Source of the DNA: an uncultured Planctomycetaceae bacterium
Lineage (GTDB): Bacteria > Planctomycetota > Planctomycetia > Pirellulales > PALSA-1355
Direction of reading: 5' to 3'
DNA: 64,000 nucleotides
NCBI GenBank assembly: GCA_963785305.1
Contig: CAWAUV010000007.1
Coordinates: forward strand, 384,001 to 448,000
Position 1 is the stretch's first letter. Every line of letters starts with the position of its first letter. This document shows, piece after piece, positions 1 through 10,286 of the stretch. The notes under the pieces are model-generated. The model worked only from the letters and a program-made list of their open reading frames with translations. It did no database searches and had not been told where the DNA came from. Position numbers and translations under genes: made by a program.

Positions 1-857
1 TGGTCGCGTTGTTCATGCGCGAGCCGGCGCGAGGGCAATCCGAACATGCGGCGGCGGCGGCGCCCAAGGCGAGTTGGCGTGACTACAAGGCGTTTCTAAA
101 AACGCCCTCCTATGTGTTCGCCACGCTCGGCATGACCGCCCTCACTTTCGCCATGGGCGGCATCGCGTTTTGGATTCCCGAATATGTCGCCGAATATCGC
201 CATATTTGGTCTCTCGAACGCGTCAACATCACCTTCGGCGGCGTGACGGTCGTGTCGGGGCTCAGCGCCACCCTGCTCGGCGGCTGGACGGCCGACAAAT
301 TGCAAAAACGCTGGAAAGGCAGTTACTTTATCGTCTCCGGCATCGGGGCCATTCTTGCCGCGCCCTGTTTCCTGGGCGTGCTCTATGCGCCCATATCGAG
401 TCCTTGGCAGCTCTGGGCGCTGATCTTCGCCACGGAGTTTTGCTTGTTCTTCAACACCGGGCCGGCCAATGCGATCTTGGCCAATGTCACGCACCCCTCG
501 GTGCGCGCGTCGGCGTTTGCCTTCAATATTTTGATTATTCATTTGTTCGGCGATGTGATCTCGCCGACGCTCATCGGCAAGATCACCGATCGCTATGGCG
601 GCAACATGAACACCGGCTTCGCGACCGTGTCGCTCGTGATCTTCTTGGCCGGCGTCCTTTGGCTCTGCGGCACGCCGTTTCTCGGGCGCGACACACGCCT
701 CGCGCTCGACTCGGCAAGGCGCGCCGGCGCCCGACCCGACCGGGCCGGGTCGCGACCCCGCGCCTTGTTAGCAAGCCGCGCTCAATGCGCGGCGATCGCG
801 GCGAGGAACGTCTTGGCTCGGCCGGATTGGCCCGCGTCGTCGCAGGCTTTTTTGTAG
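1..857 (+). CDS. MFS transporter (spinster-like), 5'-truncated by window edge
   Basis: Multiple TM helices; MFS motifs 'GGWTADKL', 'NVTHPSVRASAFA' and 'GDVISPTLIGKITD'. The C-terminal tail overlaps the next gene, so the true stop may be earlier. Confidence 0.8.
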   Translation, partial: VALFMREPARGQSEHAAAAAPKASWRDYKAFLKTPSYVFATLGMTALTFAMGGIAFWIPEYVAEYRHIWSLERVNITFGGVTVVSGLSATLLGGWTADKLQKRWKGSYFIVSGIGAILAAPCFLGVLYAPISSPWQLWALIFATEFCLFFNTGPANAILANVTHPSVRASAFAFNILIIHLFGDVISPTLIGKITDRYGGNMNTGFATVSLVIFLAGVLWLCGTPFLGRDTRLALDSARRAGARPDRAGSRPRALLASRAQCAAIAARNVLARPDWPASSQAFL

Positions 858-2284
858 GCGGCCCGGAGTTCGGCGTCGCCGGGCGTGAGTCGCAAATGGG
901 TTTCGGCCAGCCGCATCCGATCAACCGGCGCGGCCACGTCCGACGGCGCCGCGACAATTTGCCGCGCGGCCTGCGCCGCGAGGCCAATGCGAGTGCGGAC
1001 TAGCACTTCGTCTTTGGCGTCGATTTTCGCGGGAAACTCGCGAAACACATAATCGACCGCCGGAAAGGTTTGAAAGAAGTGGCCGACGAAGTGCTGGGGT
1101 AGGGGCGGCAGCAGCGCGGCGCGTCGCGGTCCGCGGGCATAGATTGCCTGCTCGACCAACAAGGTGGCGCCGCGGCCCGGATTGAGCACGAACACCGGCC
1201 GGTGGAAGAACCTTTCGCTGAATGTCGAAGCGATGGCAAACTCGCCGCCTTGTAATTGTCTTCCCGCCGCGCTCGCCACCACGGCATGCGGCCCCTCGGC
1301 CACCGTGGCCATGATTCGGCTTCGCGCCGGCACGATCATTTTGCTCCCGTCTTCCCAACGCACCGTGAGCGACGCTTCGAAGCCATTGACGATATGCAGT
1401 GTTTGATGCTCCGCGACATATTCGCTCCAGGCAAAGGGCAAACCCGCCATGAGCGCGATGACGGCCGCCGTGAGCGCCCAGCGAGCGCGGCGAAACCAGG
1501 ACAATCGCGGCAGCGCCGTGCTCGCCGAGCCGGTCGCGCGCTCGGCGACGAGCATCGAGCGGCGAAAGCCGGAATCGCGCCCGAGCGCCGGATCGTGGGC
1601 AAGCAAGGCTTCCAATAGCGGCAATGCCTCTTTCTCGTGCCCCTGGTCGACCAAGGCGGTCGCCACCCGCGAACACAGCGCGGGATCTCGCGAAACTTCG
1701 ATTCGCGGCGCTGTCATGAGCACGCGCAGCGCCGTGGCGGGCTCGTGTCGATCGATGAGCAGTTCGGCCACGGCGCGCTTCGCCTGGAAGTTGCCATGGT
1801 CGAGCTCGAGCGCCGTGAGATAGGCGCGCTCGGCTTCGTGGGGCGCGCGACACATTCGCAACGCGTCGCCCGCGGCGACTTGCGCCGCGGCGCTCGCGGG
1901 AAAACCTTCGTGCATCCGCCGGGCCAAATCGGCGGCCTGATCGTGGCGAAAGCAGGCCATCAAAGTGCCGATCAGATCGATCGCGGCTTCCGGACTTCGC
2001 GGAGCGGCGTCGGCCGCCGCTTGGGCCCGCTCGATCGCGGCGTCTTGCAATCGCCGCCATTCGGAAAGCGGCATCACCCGATGCTTGCGACATGCGCTGC
2101 AATCGGAGAACACCTGTTTCTTGGCCAGCGGCACAAGCGGCAGATGAAACACGACCAGCCAGAGTGTCGTGTCGTAGTTGCTGAGGGTGGTTTGGCGTTT
2201 GCAGAATTCGCAACGGCCGACACTCGCCGCCAAATGGCGCCGGCCAAGATACCGTGTGCCGATTCCGTTGACCGTAAAAGGCAT
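782..2284 (-). CDS. Zinc-ribbon + TPR membrane-anchored protein
   Basis: Start MPFTVNGIGTRY; CxxC...CxxC (CEFC, CSAC); TPR-like helices (AERAYLTALELD); one TM segment. Confidence 0.7.
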   Translation of the reverse strand: MPFTVNGIGTRYLGRRHLAASVGRCEFCKRQTTLSNYDTTLWLVVFHLPLVPLAKKQVFSDCSACRKHRVMPLSEWRRLQDAAIERAQAAADAAPRSPEAAIDLIGTLMACFRHDQAADLARRMHEGFPASAAAQVAAGDALRMCRAPHEAERAYLTALELDHGNFQAKRAVAELLIDRHEPATALRVLMTAPRIEVSRDPALCSRVATALVDQGHEKEALPLLEALLAHDPALGRDSGFRRSMLVAERATGSASTALPRLSWFRRARWALTAAVIALMAGLPFAWSEYVAEHQTLHIVNGFEASLTVRWEDGSKMIVPARSRIMATVAEGPHAVVASAAGRQLQGGEFAIASTFSERFFHRPVFVLNPGRGATLLVEQAIYARGPRRAALLPPLPQHFVGHFFQTFPAVDYVFREFPAKIDAKDEVLVRTRIGLAAQAARQIVAAPSDVAAPVDRMRLAETHLRLTPGDAELRAAYKKACDDAGQSGRAKTFLAAIAAH

Positions 2285-2717
2285 GTTCGAGCGATCCTTC
2301 GAGCGAAAACGCCGCCGCTCCCTCCCCCTCGCGACGCCGCGGAGAACCAAGCGGTCGGCGGCAGCGCCGATCGAACCGCCGCCGTTGCGATTCATTCTAA
2401 AGCCGCCGACTCGCGCGAGCAATGCAGGTGCGATAACAGACCAAGCGACAATCGACCACGAGACTTTGGCTCTCCTATCGCGCCGCGGGAGCGCCATCGC
2501 CAGCACTGCCAGCGGGAAGATTTGTCGCTCCGCCAAACGGAAGGGAATCCCAATGATGGCTGGTCCACGATTGCTATTTGTCGCCGGACCCGCGCTTTGT
2601 ACTATGGCGCCGCTTAAAAAACCAACCTTGCCGCGCCAGGAGGCGCCGCGGGCAAACCCACTCGAGGCGCCGTCGACCATGCGAGGCGCCGCTTCGGCTT
2701 TCGGCAGTGCGATACCT

Positions 2718-3699
2718 ATGGAAGTCAGCCCCCAGTTCGTCGCCTTCGCCGCGTTTGCCGCGGAGATCGTGTTCTATGTGCTCATGTCGCTCAACATCGC
2801 CAGCCTCGCGATTATCGCCGAGCGGGCCACTTACTTCTGGCGACGACGCCTCGATCCCGAGCTCTTGCTGCGGCAAATGATGCACTTCCTGAACCAGAAG
2901 GACCTGGTGCGGGCCAAGGCGGTGCTTGCCGCTCGCCAGCCGCCGAAAGCCGCGTGCTGCTCGCCGGAATCGCCGAAATCGAACGCGGAACCGAAGCGGC
3001 TGCCGATGCGATGCGCTCCGCCCGGGTCCGCGAGCGCATTCGCATGGACACGAATCTCACGATGCTCAAGGCGGTGGCGTTTTCCGCGCCGGCGCTCGGT
3101 GTCTTGGGAACGCTGCTGGGAATCGTGAGCGTGATGCCGCATCTGGCGCTGCCGCTTTTCAGTCCGCAGGGGCTTGCCGGCAGCGCAATTCGCGAGGCGC
3201 TGGGCGCGTTGGCGATTGCCGCGGCCGGACTCCTGGTCGGCATTCCCGCGGCGATGGCCTCGCTGCTTTTCGATCGCCGAGTGAATTTGTCCGAAGATCG
3301 TTCGCTGGCGCTGATGCATCTGGGCTTGGCCGCGATCACGCGATACGGCGCGGAACAAAAGGCCCTCGAGCAAAAACCCGCCGCGCAAAAGGCCACCGAA
3401 GAAAAACCGGTCGAGGAAAAGCCCGCCGCGCAAAAGGCCGCCGAGCAAAAGTTTCCAGAGCACAAGCCCGTCGCCTCGAAGCCAGCGTCTCCGCCGGCAG
3501 GAGACGCGGTTCCGGTCGGGTCGGACGAAGTTCGCCTAGCCGCGGCGATGCCGGGCCCGTCGATCGCGCTACCGCGGCCGCGATTACCGGCGCCGCGAGC
3601 CTCACCTCGTCGACGCTGTTCGTCACGGTTCCGACTTTCCGCGCCGAGCCGGCGGAGGATCGCGCGAAAAAGACTTCTCGCCCGGGCAAAGTGGCTTGA
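2718..3699 (+). CDS. MotA/TolQ/ExbB proton-channel family protein (frameshifted)
   Basis: 'SLAIIAER', 'APALGVLGTLLGIV' and 'ALAIAAAGLLVGIPA' are ExbB/TolQ TM motifs. Reconstructed across indels near 2940 and 3550; Lys/Glu/Pro-rich tail. Confidence 0.75.
3349..3483 (+). repeat. 15-nt / 5-aa degenerate tandem repeat (xEQKx) in the ExbB tail
   Basis: AEQKA LEQKP AAQKA TEEKP VEEKP AAQKA AEQKF PEHKP VASKP. Confidence 0.75.
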
Positions 3700-3730
3700 A
3701 CGGACCCAATCGGCGCAATCAATCACGAGA

Positions 3731-5315
3731 ATGTCCTTGCAATCGCCCGTGCTTGAAAACGTGAAGAGCTGGCCGTGGCGCCGCAATCCGCCGCCGCCGG
3801 AGCCGGAGATCGTGTTTCCGCCATCGTTCCATGCGCCGCGCCGCCGCCGGACGAAATGGCAACGGCTCACGGTTTGGCTTACCGGCTTGGGAGGCTTCTT
3901 TGCTCTCAGCAGTCTGTTTCACCTTCTGGGCGTGGGACTGATCGCGATCGCTCCGATGCAGTTCACGCCGCGTCTGCAAGCCGAGGCTCGGCGTGTTCCG
4001 GAAAGAATCAACAATGTGATCGAGCCGAGCGACGCCAATTACAGTTTCGATTTCATCGATCCGCCGCCCGAGGGCCGCATTCGCCAGAACGACGAAATCA
4101 CGAAGCGGATCGCCGCCGAGTTGGGCATTCCGCAAGATGGCCTCGTGGCGAGCAAGCACTCGGATTCCGAATCGCGCGTAAAGCCGCCCGAAGCGGCCGC
4201 CCCGCCGCCGAGCGATCCCGAGGCCTCGACCGCGGCCGCGACCGAAGCGGCGCTGGCCACGGCGCTGACTTGGATCGTGCGGCATCAATCGCCCGACGGC
4301 AGTTGGAGCTTGCACGAGTTCGATCATCAATGCCGCGGCGGCGCCTGCGGCGACGCCGGCACGCTGCATTCCAATGCCGCCGCCACGGGGTTGGCGCTCG
4401 CGCCGCTCGTAGCCGCCGCCGAAAGGGACCGCGCGTCGGCCGATATGTTCGAACAACCGATCGCCCGCGGCATCGCCTGGCTGGTCGCCCAGCAGCGACC
4501 CGATGGCGATCTTTCGGGCCTGGGCGAGCAGCGCATGTTCTCCCACGCGCTGGCCGGGCTGGCGCTTGCCCGGCGATATTCGCAAACCCATGACTCAGGG
4601 CTTGGCGCCGCGGTGCAGCTTGCGGTGAATTTTTCGCTCGCCGCCCAAAACACGACCACCGGCGGCTGGGACTACGAGTCCGGCGGCGAGGGCAACACAT
4701 TTTCCGTGGCTTGGCAACTGATGCTCGCCGAAGCCGCCGCCAACGCCGGGCTCACGCTCGACCCCGAATGCTGCCGCTTGGCCGATCGCTGGTTCAAATC
4801 GGTCGAGAAAAAGAACGCCAAAGGCTTGTTCGCCTACGATACGACGCAAGATGTGAGCCCGGCGATGACCGCCGTGGGCTTGGGTTATTTGCGGCTGCGG
4901 GGAGTGCCGGCCGAACATCGTGCCATGCGCGAAGGTCACACGTATCTCTTGGCCAATCCGCCCGACGCATCGTTTACCCGCGACGTGTTTTATTGGCATG
5001 TGGCGACTCCGGTGGTCAAGCGCTTCGGTGATCTCGAATGGCAAAGCTGGTGGCAACGCTTGGCCCGCGGAATCGTGCAGCGCCGAATCGACGAGCGATT
5101 GCAGCACCGGAAGTTGGAGCGCGGACTCCGGCGCGAGCGAGGCCTGGAGCGTGTCGGCCGGCCGGCTCTGCGTGACCTGCTTGGCCGCGCGGCTTTTGCA
5201 GACCAACGCGGGCGAGGGGCCCGCGTCGGCGCCGCGGCGCTCGCCGCGCGGCGCGAGCACAAGGAATCGGGCGCGTGCCCCGGTCGCGGCGGCGCCCCGA
5301 CCAATCACCAAGTAA
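3731..5315 (+). CDS. Prenyltransferase/squalene-oxidase repeat-containing protein with N-terminal membrane anchor
   Basis: QW-type repeats 'ALTWIVRHQSPDGSW', 'GIAWLVAQQRPDG' and 'AAQNTTTGGWDY'; TM 'FFALSSLFHLLGVGLIAI'. The C-terminus continues in the frame of ORF 4920..5315 (GSW..GRL). Confidence 0.75.
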
Positions 5316-5381
5316 GACAAATCGCCAAATAAGACACTCACCAAGTAAAAGTCTCGGCTTGTAGCATAAAGGTAACGGTCC

Positions 5382-6602
5382 ATGTCGAAACTCAACGGAA
5401 TCAGCCGCGCCGCGATGCGTCACCCCTTGCTTTGGGGCGCGATCGCCACGACCGGCTTTTATTTGGCGCTCGATGGCGGCGTGGTCGAGGAGCCGCTCGT
5501 GGCTCGCTATTTCGCCGGCCATTGGGCCGCCTATGTCTCGACCACGATGTTCCTCGTGGGCGTCGCGGCCCTGGTGGTCAAGGGCATTGACATCGTGCAA
5601 AACTTTCGCGGCTTGGGAGCGACATTGTTCGATGGCGTCGCGGCGGCCGATCTCCCCATCGCCGATACCACGGTGATGCTGCAATCGCTCGACAAACAAC
5701 CGGGCTGGGCCCAGCACACCTACTTGATCGGCCGGCTGCGCGCGGGCGCTCGATTACTTGGCCCGCAAAGGCGCGTCGGACACGCTCGAAGACGAATTGC
5801 GTTCGCTGGCCGATCTCGACCTTGAGCGCAAGACGGCAAGTTTCGGCATTGTGCGCACCATGCTCTGGACGATGCCGTTCATCGGCGCGCTGGGCACGGT
5901 ATTGGCGCTGGCCAGCGCGCTCGCCAAGCCGGCGCCCGAGAATGCGGCGGGTGGATTGCCGGCCAATTTGCCGCCGGGCTTTGCCTTGATCCTCGATACC
6001 ACGGTCCTATCGCTCCTGCTCACGGTGTCGCTCCTAGTGTTGATGTTGGCGGCCGAACATTTCGAGAGTCGGCTGCTGGCGCTGGTCGACACCGCGCGAG
6101 CCGCGAGTTGATCGGTCGCTTCCGGGGCTCGATCTCGAGCAAGGCCATGGCGTCGGGCGCGGCCGACATCGGCGGCGCGTCGGGCCTGAGCGACACGATG
6201 GTCGAGGCGATGCGAAAAATCGCCGAGCGCCAAACCGGCATCTGGCAATCGAGCCTCGACGCCGCGACCAAACGTTGGGAAGAACAGACCGAACTGCTCA
6301 AACAGCAAATGGGCGCCGGCGGACCGGGCGGCGCCTCGGGACCGCACATGCGGTTTGCCGGCTCGAGCGGTGGGGGCGCTGGCGGCGGCGACTCCGTGCA
6401 ATTGACCGAAGCGCTCACCGCCAGCTTGGCCGGACTCGGTTCCTCGAACCTCATGATCCACAATGAGATCATGTCCGAGTTGGCGGAAGTGGTGCGCCAC
6501 GATTGCCGCAACTGGCCTTATCGCAAGCGACTCCGCCGTGGGATGCAGTCGAGCTCGCAATCCCCCGCGGACGACGTGGTCGACTGGGTCGATCCCGGCT
6601 AA
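5382..6602 (+). CDS. MotA/TolQ/ExbB family protein (frameshifted)
   Basis: 'WTMPFIGALGTVL' and 'GFALILDTTVLSL' TM motifs; three ORF pieces join in register. Confidence 0.7.
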
Positions 6603-6836
6603 TAGCCTGCTGGAATATCCAACAGGCTGCTAGCGGCCAGCATGCTTTCACTGCCAGCGAGTCGAGCGGGCAACTTCGGCCACCCGCCATCGCGAGGTTT
6701 GCATAAACTCGATAGCCGGCGCAAGCCGAAATAATCCGAACAGCGGTTGCACTGTGTATCTTTGCAATCTGGAAAGCTGTCATTTCATTTGTCGGACGCG
6801 CGCTCCACGCGCCGTCGTTCCGCAAGGACATTTGCC

Positions 6837-7839
6837 GTGTCGCGGCTAACGGTCGTCATCCCGGCGCTGGGCTCGACCAGCGCGTTGGAAAGCAGCCTTG
6901 TGTCGGCGCTCGAGCATCGCCCGCAGGGTTGCGATATCGTCGTCGTGCTTCGCGAGCGCTACGCCGATCCCTACGAGCTCGCCGGGGAAGTACGGTTTTT
7001 ACAAACCGATTCCCAAGCCGATCTCGCGCGAATGATTCATGCCGGCGTCGCGACGGCGGACTCGGACTATGTTTTCGTGCTCCTGGCCGGATGCGAAATC
7101 ACGGCCGGGTGGAGCGACGCGGCGCTCAAGCATTTCGCCAATCCCGCATTGCCGCGGTGACGCCCAAGCTGGTCAAGGCCGGCAATCCCGAACAAACCCT
7201 GTGCCAGGGTGTGCGTCTGCTGCCAGGCGGCGAACGTTGGGTACACCCTGGCCCGGCCCCGTTGGGCGATGAACTGCTGGTTGGAGTGTGGGCGCCGCCC
7301 TTGGCCAGTGGCTTCTATCGCCGCGCGGCGCTCCTGGCGCTCGATGCATTTGGCCAAGAGTGTGGCGGTCCGCTTGCAGATGTGCGACTGGCTGCCGCGA
7401 TGCGACGCAACCGCTGGCTCGTGGCCTGGGCCCCGACCTCGGTGGTCGCATGCGCGGAATCCTCGGTAGCGCCGGCGGGCGGTCGCGTGCGGCTGGCGTG
7501 GCATGCCCAGCGGCTGGCGCTCGACACGGCTGACATGTTCGGCCGCGGTCGCGCCTTTCGGGGCGTGTGCGCTCCGCCACGCGCGAGTTCCTTCGAGCGC
7601 TTCCCTCGCCGATCGCGTTTGCGTTGATCGCCGTGAGACTGGTCGCCACGTTGCTGGGCGTCCGCCGCGGAGAGGCTGTCGCGTCGCCCGCGTCCGCCGC
7701 CCCCGGAGCCGCGCCTGGCGCCAGCGCGAGCACGCAGGCGCCAGCGGCCAAGGGCGGCGACCCCGCGCTGCGCCGGGTCGATTCGTCGCACGCGCGCGAT
7801 CGCCGCGAGCAGGTCTCGCGTCCGCTGAAGCACCGCTAG
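6837..7839 (+). CDS. Glycosyltransferase family 2-like protein (frameshifted)
   Basis: 'LTVVIPA...LESSLVSALEHRP..DIVVV' GT2 N-terminus; 'ASGFYRRAALL'. Confidence 0.65.
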
Positions 7840-8009
7840 TGCTTTGTCGCAGTTGAAATGACGGATTGGATTCGTTCCGTGCCATGCCCACGGCCCTGCG
7901 TGGGCATGAGGACTCCGCGTGGCGCTTGAAAACATGCCCACGCTGGGCGTGGGCATGGCAAACGAGCAAATGGGGTTATCCAACATTTCAGCCGCGACAG
8001 AGCGCGTAG
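7836..8009 (+). mobile_element. MITE-like element, copy 1 (CTAG-bounded TIRs, internal REP doublet)
   Basis: Left end CTAGTGCTTTGTCGCAGTTGAAATG, right end CATTTCAGCCGCGACAGAGCGCGTAG; two CATGCCCACG..CGTGGGCATG hairpins; homologous to 32410-32575 and 41359-41525. Confidence 0.85.
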
Positions 8010-8257
8010 TCGGCAGGCCGCGGCCGCTCGGGGCAATCTATTTCTTCGCGCCGCGTTTCTTTCGCTCGCGGCAAATCCGGCGAGCCGCAAATCCTGCGAG
8101 CCGTTGTCGAGCAACATCGGCCGGGCGTTCGCTTTTTTTAGCGAATCTCGCGCGACTTGAAAAACCGGCCTTGACCATCGTTCGAGGTCGGTGCTACAAG
8201 TCTCGCCTCTTCTCGTTGGTCCGCTTGTCGCTCAACTCATCTCTCAAGCGAAAAATT

Positions 8258-10191
8258 ATGATGCGATTTCTTCCGCGCGCGAAATTCGCGCTCGCATGTC
8301 TTTGTTTCGTCGGCGTTCTCGCGGCGCCCGCTTTCGCCGCCCGGCCCGAGTCCTCGGCCGACGATGACTACGACTCGGCCGCCGCGCCGGCCTCCGAGCG
8401 CGTCGGCTGGCTACGACCGAATTACACGCAGCCGAACGTCGACGCGCCGTTTGCCCTGGTCGACAACGCCGGCCAGATTCGCGCTTTTGTGCGACCGGTC
8501 GACAATGTGCGCATTGGTCGCTATGTGAACCACCGGATTCGCGTTCGTGGCGCCGAAACCGCGCTCCGCGATCAACCGGTCGGTCTGATGGAAGTCGTCG
8601 AAGCCGGCGATCCCGACGCGGTATTGGGCCGCGCTCCCGCCCCGCAATCGCCGCCGCTCGCGCCGCCATCGGCGTCGCCGGGCGCGGTCGGCGCCCGTCG
8701 ACCGCTTGGCGATCGCAGCCGGCTTCCATGCAGTCCGAGCGACCGGCCAGCGACCCTTTCGGCGGAGTGCGACAAGCCGCCTTCGACGAGATTTCGCAGC
8801 CGATGGCCGAGGAGGTCTCGCCGCAACCGTTGCCGGAGCCGCGTTCGCGATTGGCGTCGCCCTACTATTCACCGCCCGGCGCCGACGCCCAGGAATATTC
8901 CAATGCCGGACTCGCATCGCCCTATGGACCACCGCCCGGCTCGGTGACGGATAATGATGGCGATGGCCATCAACACTGGGGCGACGATGGACCCGCCTGC
9001 GCGACTTGCGGCGGATGCGGACACGCTTCGTGTTCGACTTGCTGTTGCAATGCCTGCGGGCCGCCGGGCCGTATTTGGGTGCGGGCCGAGTATCTGTACT
9101 GGTGGACCAAAGGCATGGAAATTCCGCCGCTGGTGTCGACCGGCCCCGACGCCGCCAATCCTGGTTATATCGGCTCGCCCGGCACCCAGGTGCTCTTCGG
9201 CGGCAACAGTGTCAATGGCTTTGGTCGCTCCGGCGGCCGCATCACGCTGGGCGCCTGGCTCAACTGCTGTCAAACGGTCGGCATCGAAGGCGACTATTTC
9301 GGTCTGGCGTCCGCCAGCACGAACTATTCGGCCACAAGCTACGGCTCGCCGATTCTCTCGCGGCCGTTCTACGATGTGGGCATTCGGCCCGGCGCCACGA
9401 CCGTCGTGGGGCAAAACGTGGAACTGGTCGCCGAAACAGGCGTCATCAATGGTTCGGTGTCGGCGTACACCTCGACCGGCTTTCAAGGCGCCGGCGTTCG
9501 CGGTCGCTTCAACCTCTGTTGCAGCCAGAATTGTGTCTGCAACCCATGCTTGCCCTGCTGCCTCAATGGCCCGGGCGGCTGCCGTATCGATTTCTTGCTC
9601 GGCTATCGCTTTTTGCAACTGACCGATGCCGTGTCGGTGCAAGAGAATCTCACGGCGCTCAACACCACGCCGCAAGCCAGCTTCGTCGTGAAAGACAGCT
9701 TCAACACGCGCAATCAGTTCAACGGCGTGGACATCGGCTTCGCCGGCATGACCTACAAGGGACGTTGGTCGCTGGAATTCACGCCCCGCATGGCGCTCGG
9801 CAGCAACTATGAGGTCGCCAACGTGGCCGGCTCGACCGCGATCTCCCAAAATGGAACCACGACTAATTACACCGGCGGTCTGCTCGCCCAATCGAGCAAT
9901 ATCGGCCACTATTCGCGAAATCAGTTCGCCGTGGTGCCCGAACTCGATTTGAATCTCGGGTACTGGATCACGCCGCGGCTGCGGGCGATCGTCGGTTATA
10001 CCTTTCTTTACTGGAGCAGCGTGGCGCGGGCCGGCAATCAGATCGACACGAATGTGAATAGCACGGTGCTTCCGGCCGCGAGCGCGAGCGGCGTGGCTCC
10101 GGCGGGCGATTTGCGCTATCCGATGTTTGCCTGGAACACGACCGACTTTTGGGCCCAAGGCATCAATGCCGGACTCGATTATCGCTGGTGA
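8258..10191 (+). CDS. BBP7-family (planctomycete) outer-membrane beta-barrel protein with N-terminal extension (frameshift near 8700)
   Basis: Signal peptide; Cys-rich linker; 'WVRAEYLYWWTKG', 'SFNTRNQFNG' and 'GYTFLYWSSVARAG'; C-terminal 'FWAQGINAGLDYRW'. Confidence 0.8.
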
Positions 10192-10212
10192 TCGGCCCGA
10201 GGCCGCATCGCG

Positions 10213-10285
10213 GCCTATCCGAGAACCTCGGGGAAACCTCACCCTCCCCTCTCCCAAAGGGAGAGGGGGAGTTGTCGGATAGGCT
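10213..10285. repeat. REP-like palindrome between convergent genes
   Basis: CCTCACCCTCCCCTCTCCC-AAA-GGGAGAGGGG hairpin nested within an outer inverted repeat GCCTATCCGAGAAC / GTTGTCGGATAGGC. Confidence 0.7.
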
Positions 10286-10286
10286 C

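Noticed and set aside
2954..5332. Apparent 792-aa ExbB-prenyltransferase fusion ORF
   Set aside because: The junction (3550-3730) reads as Arg-rich off-frame sequence, while the alternative frame is protein-like and stops at 3699 just before ATG 3731. Two genes joined by an indel is more likely.
5300..5350. Short AT-rich repeats (TCACCAAGTAA x2, TCGCCAAATAA)
   Set aside because: Too short and degenerate to assign; may be a simple intergenic repeat.
7880..7960. Palindromic repeats as a mini CRISPR array
   Set aside because: Only two hairpins per locus with a near-identical spacer across copies and no cas genes. They are internal to the MITE.
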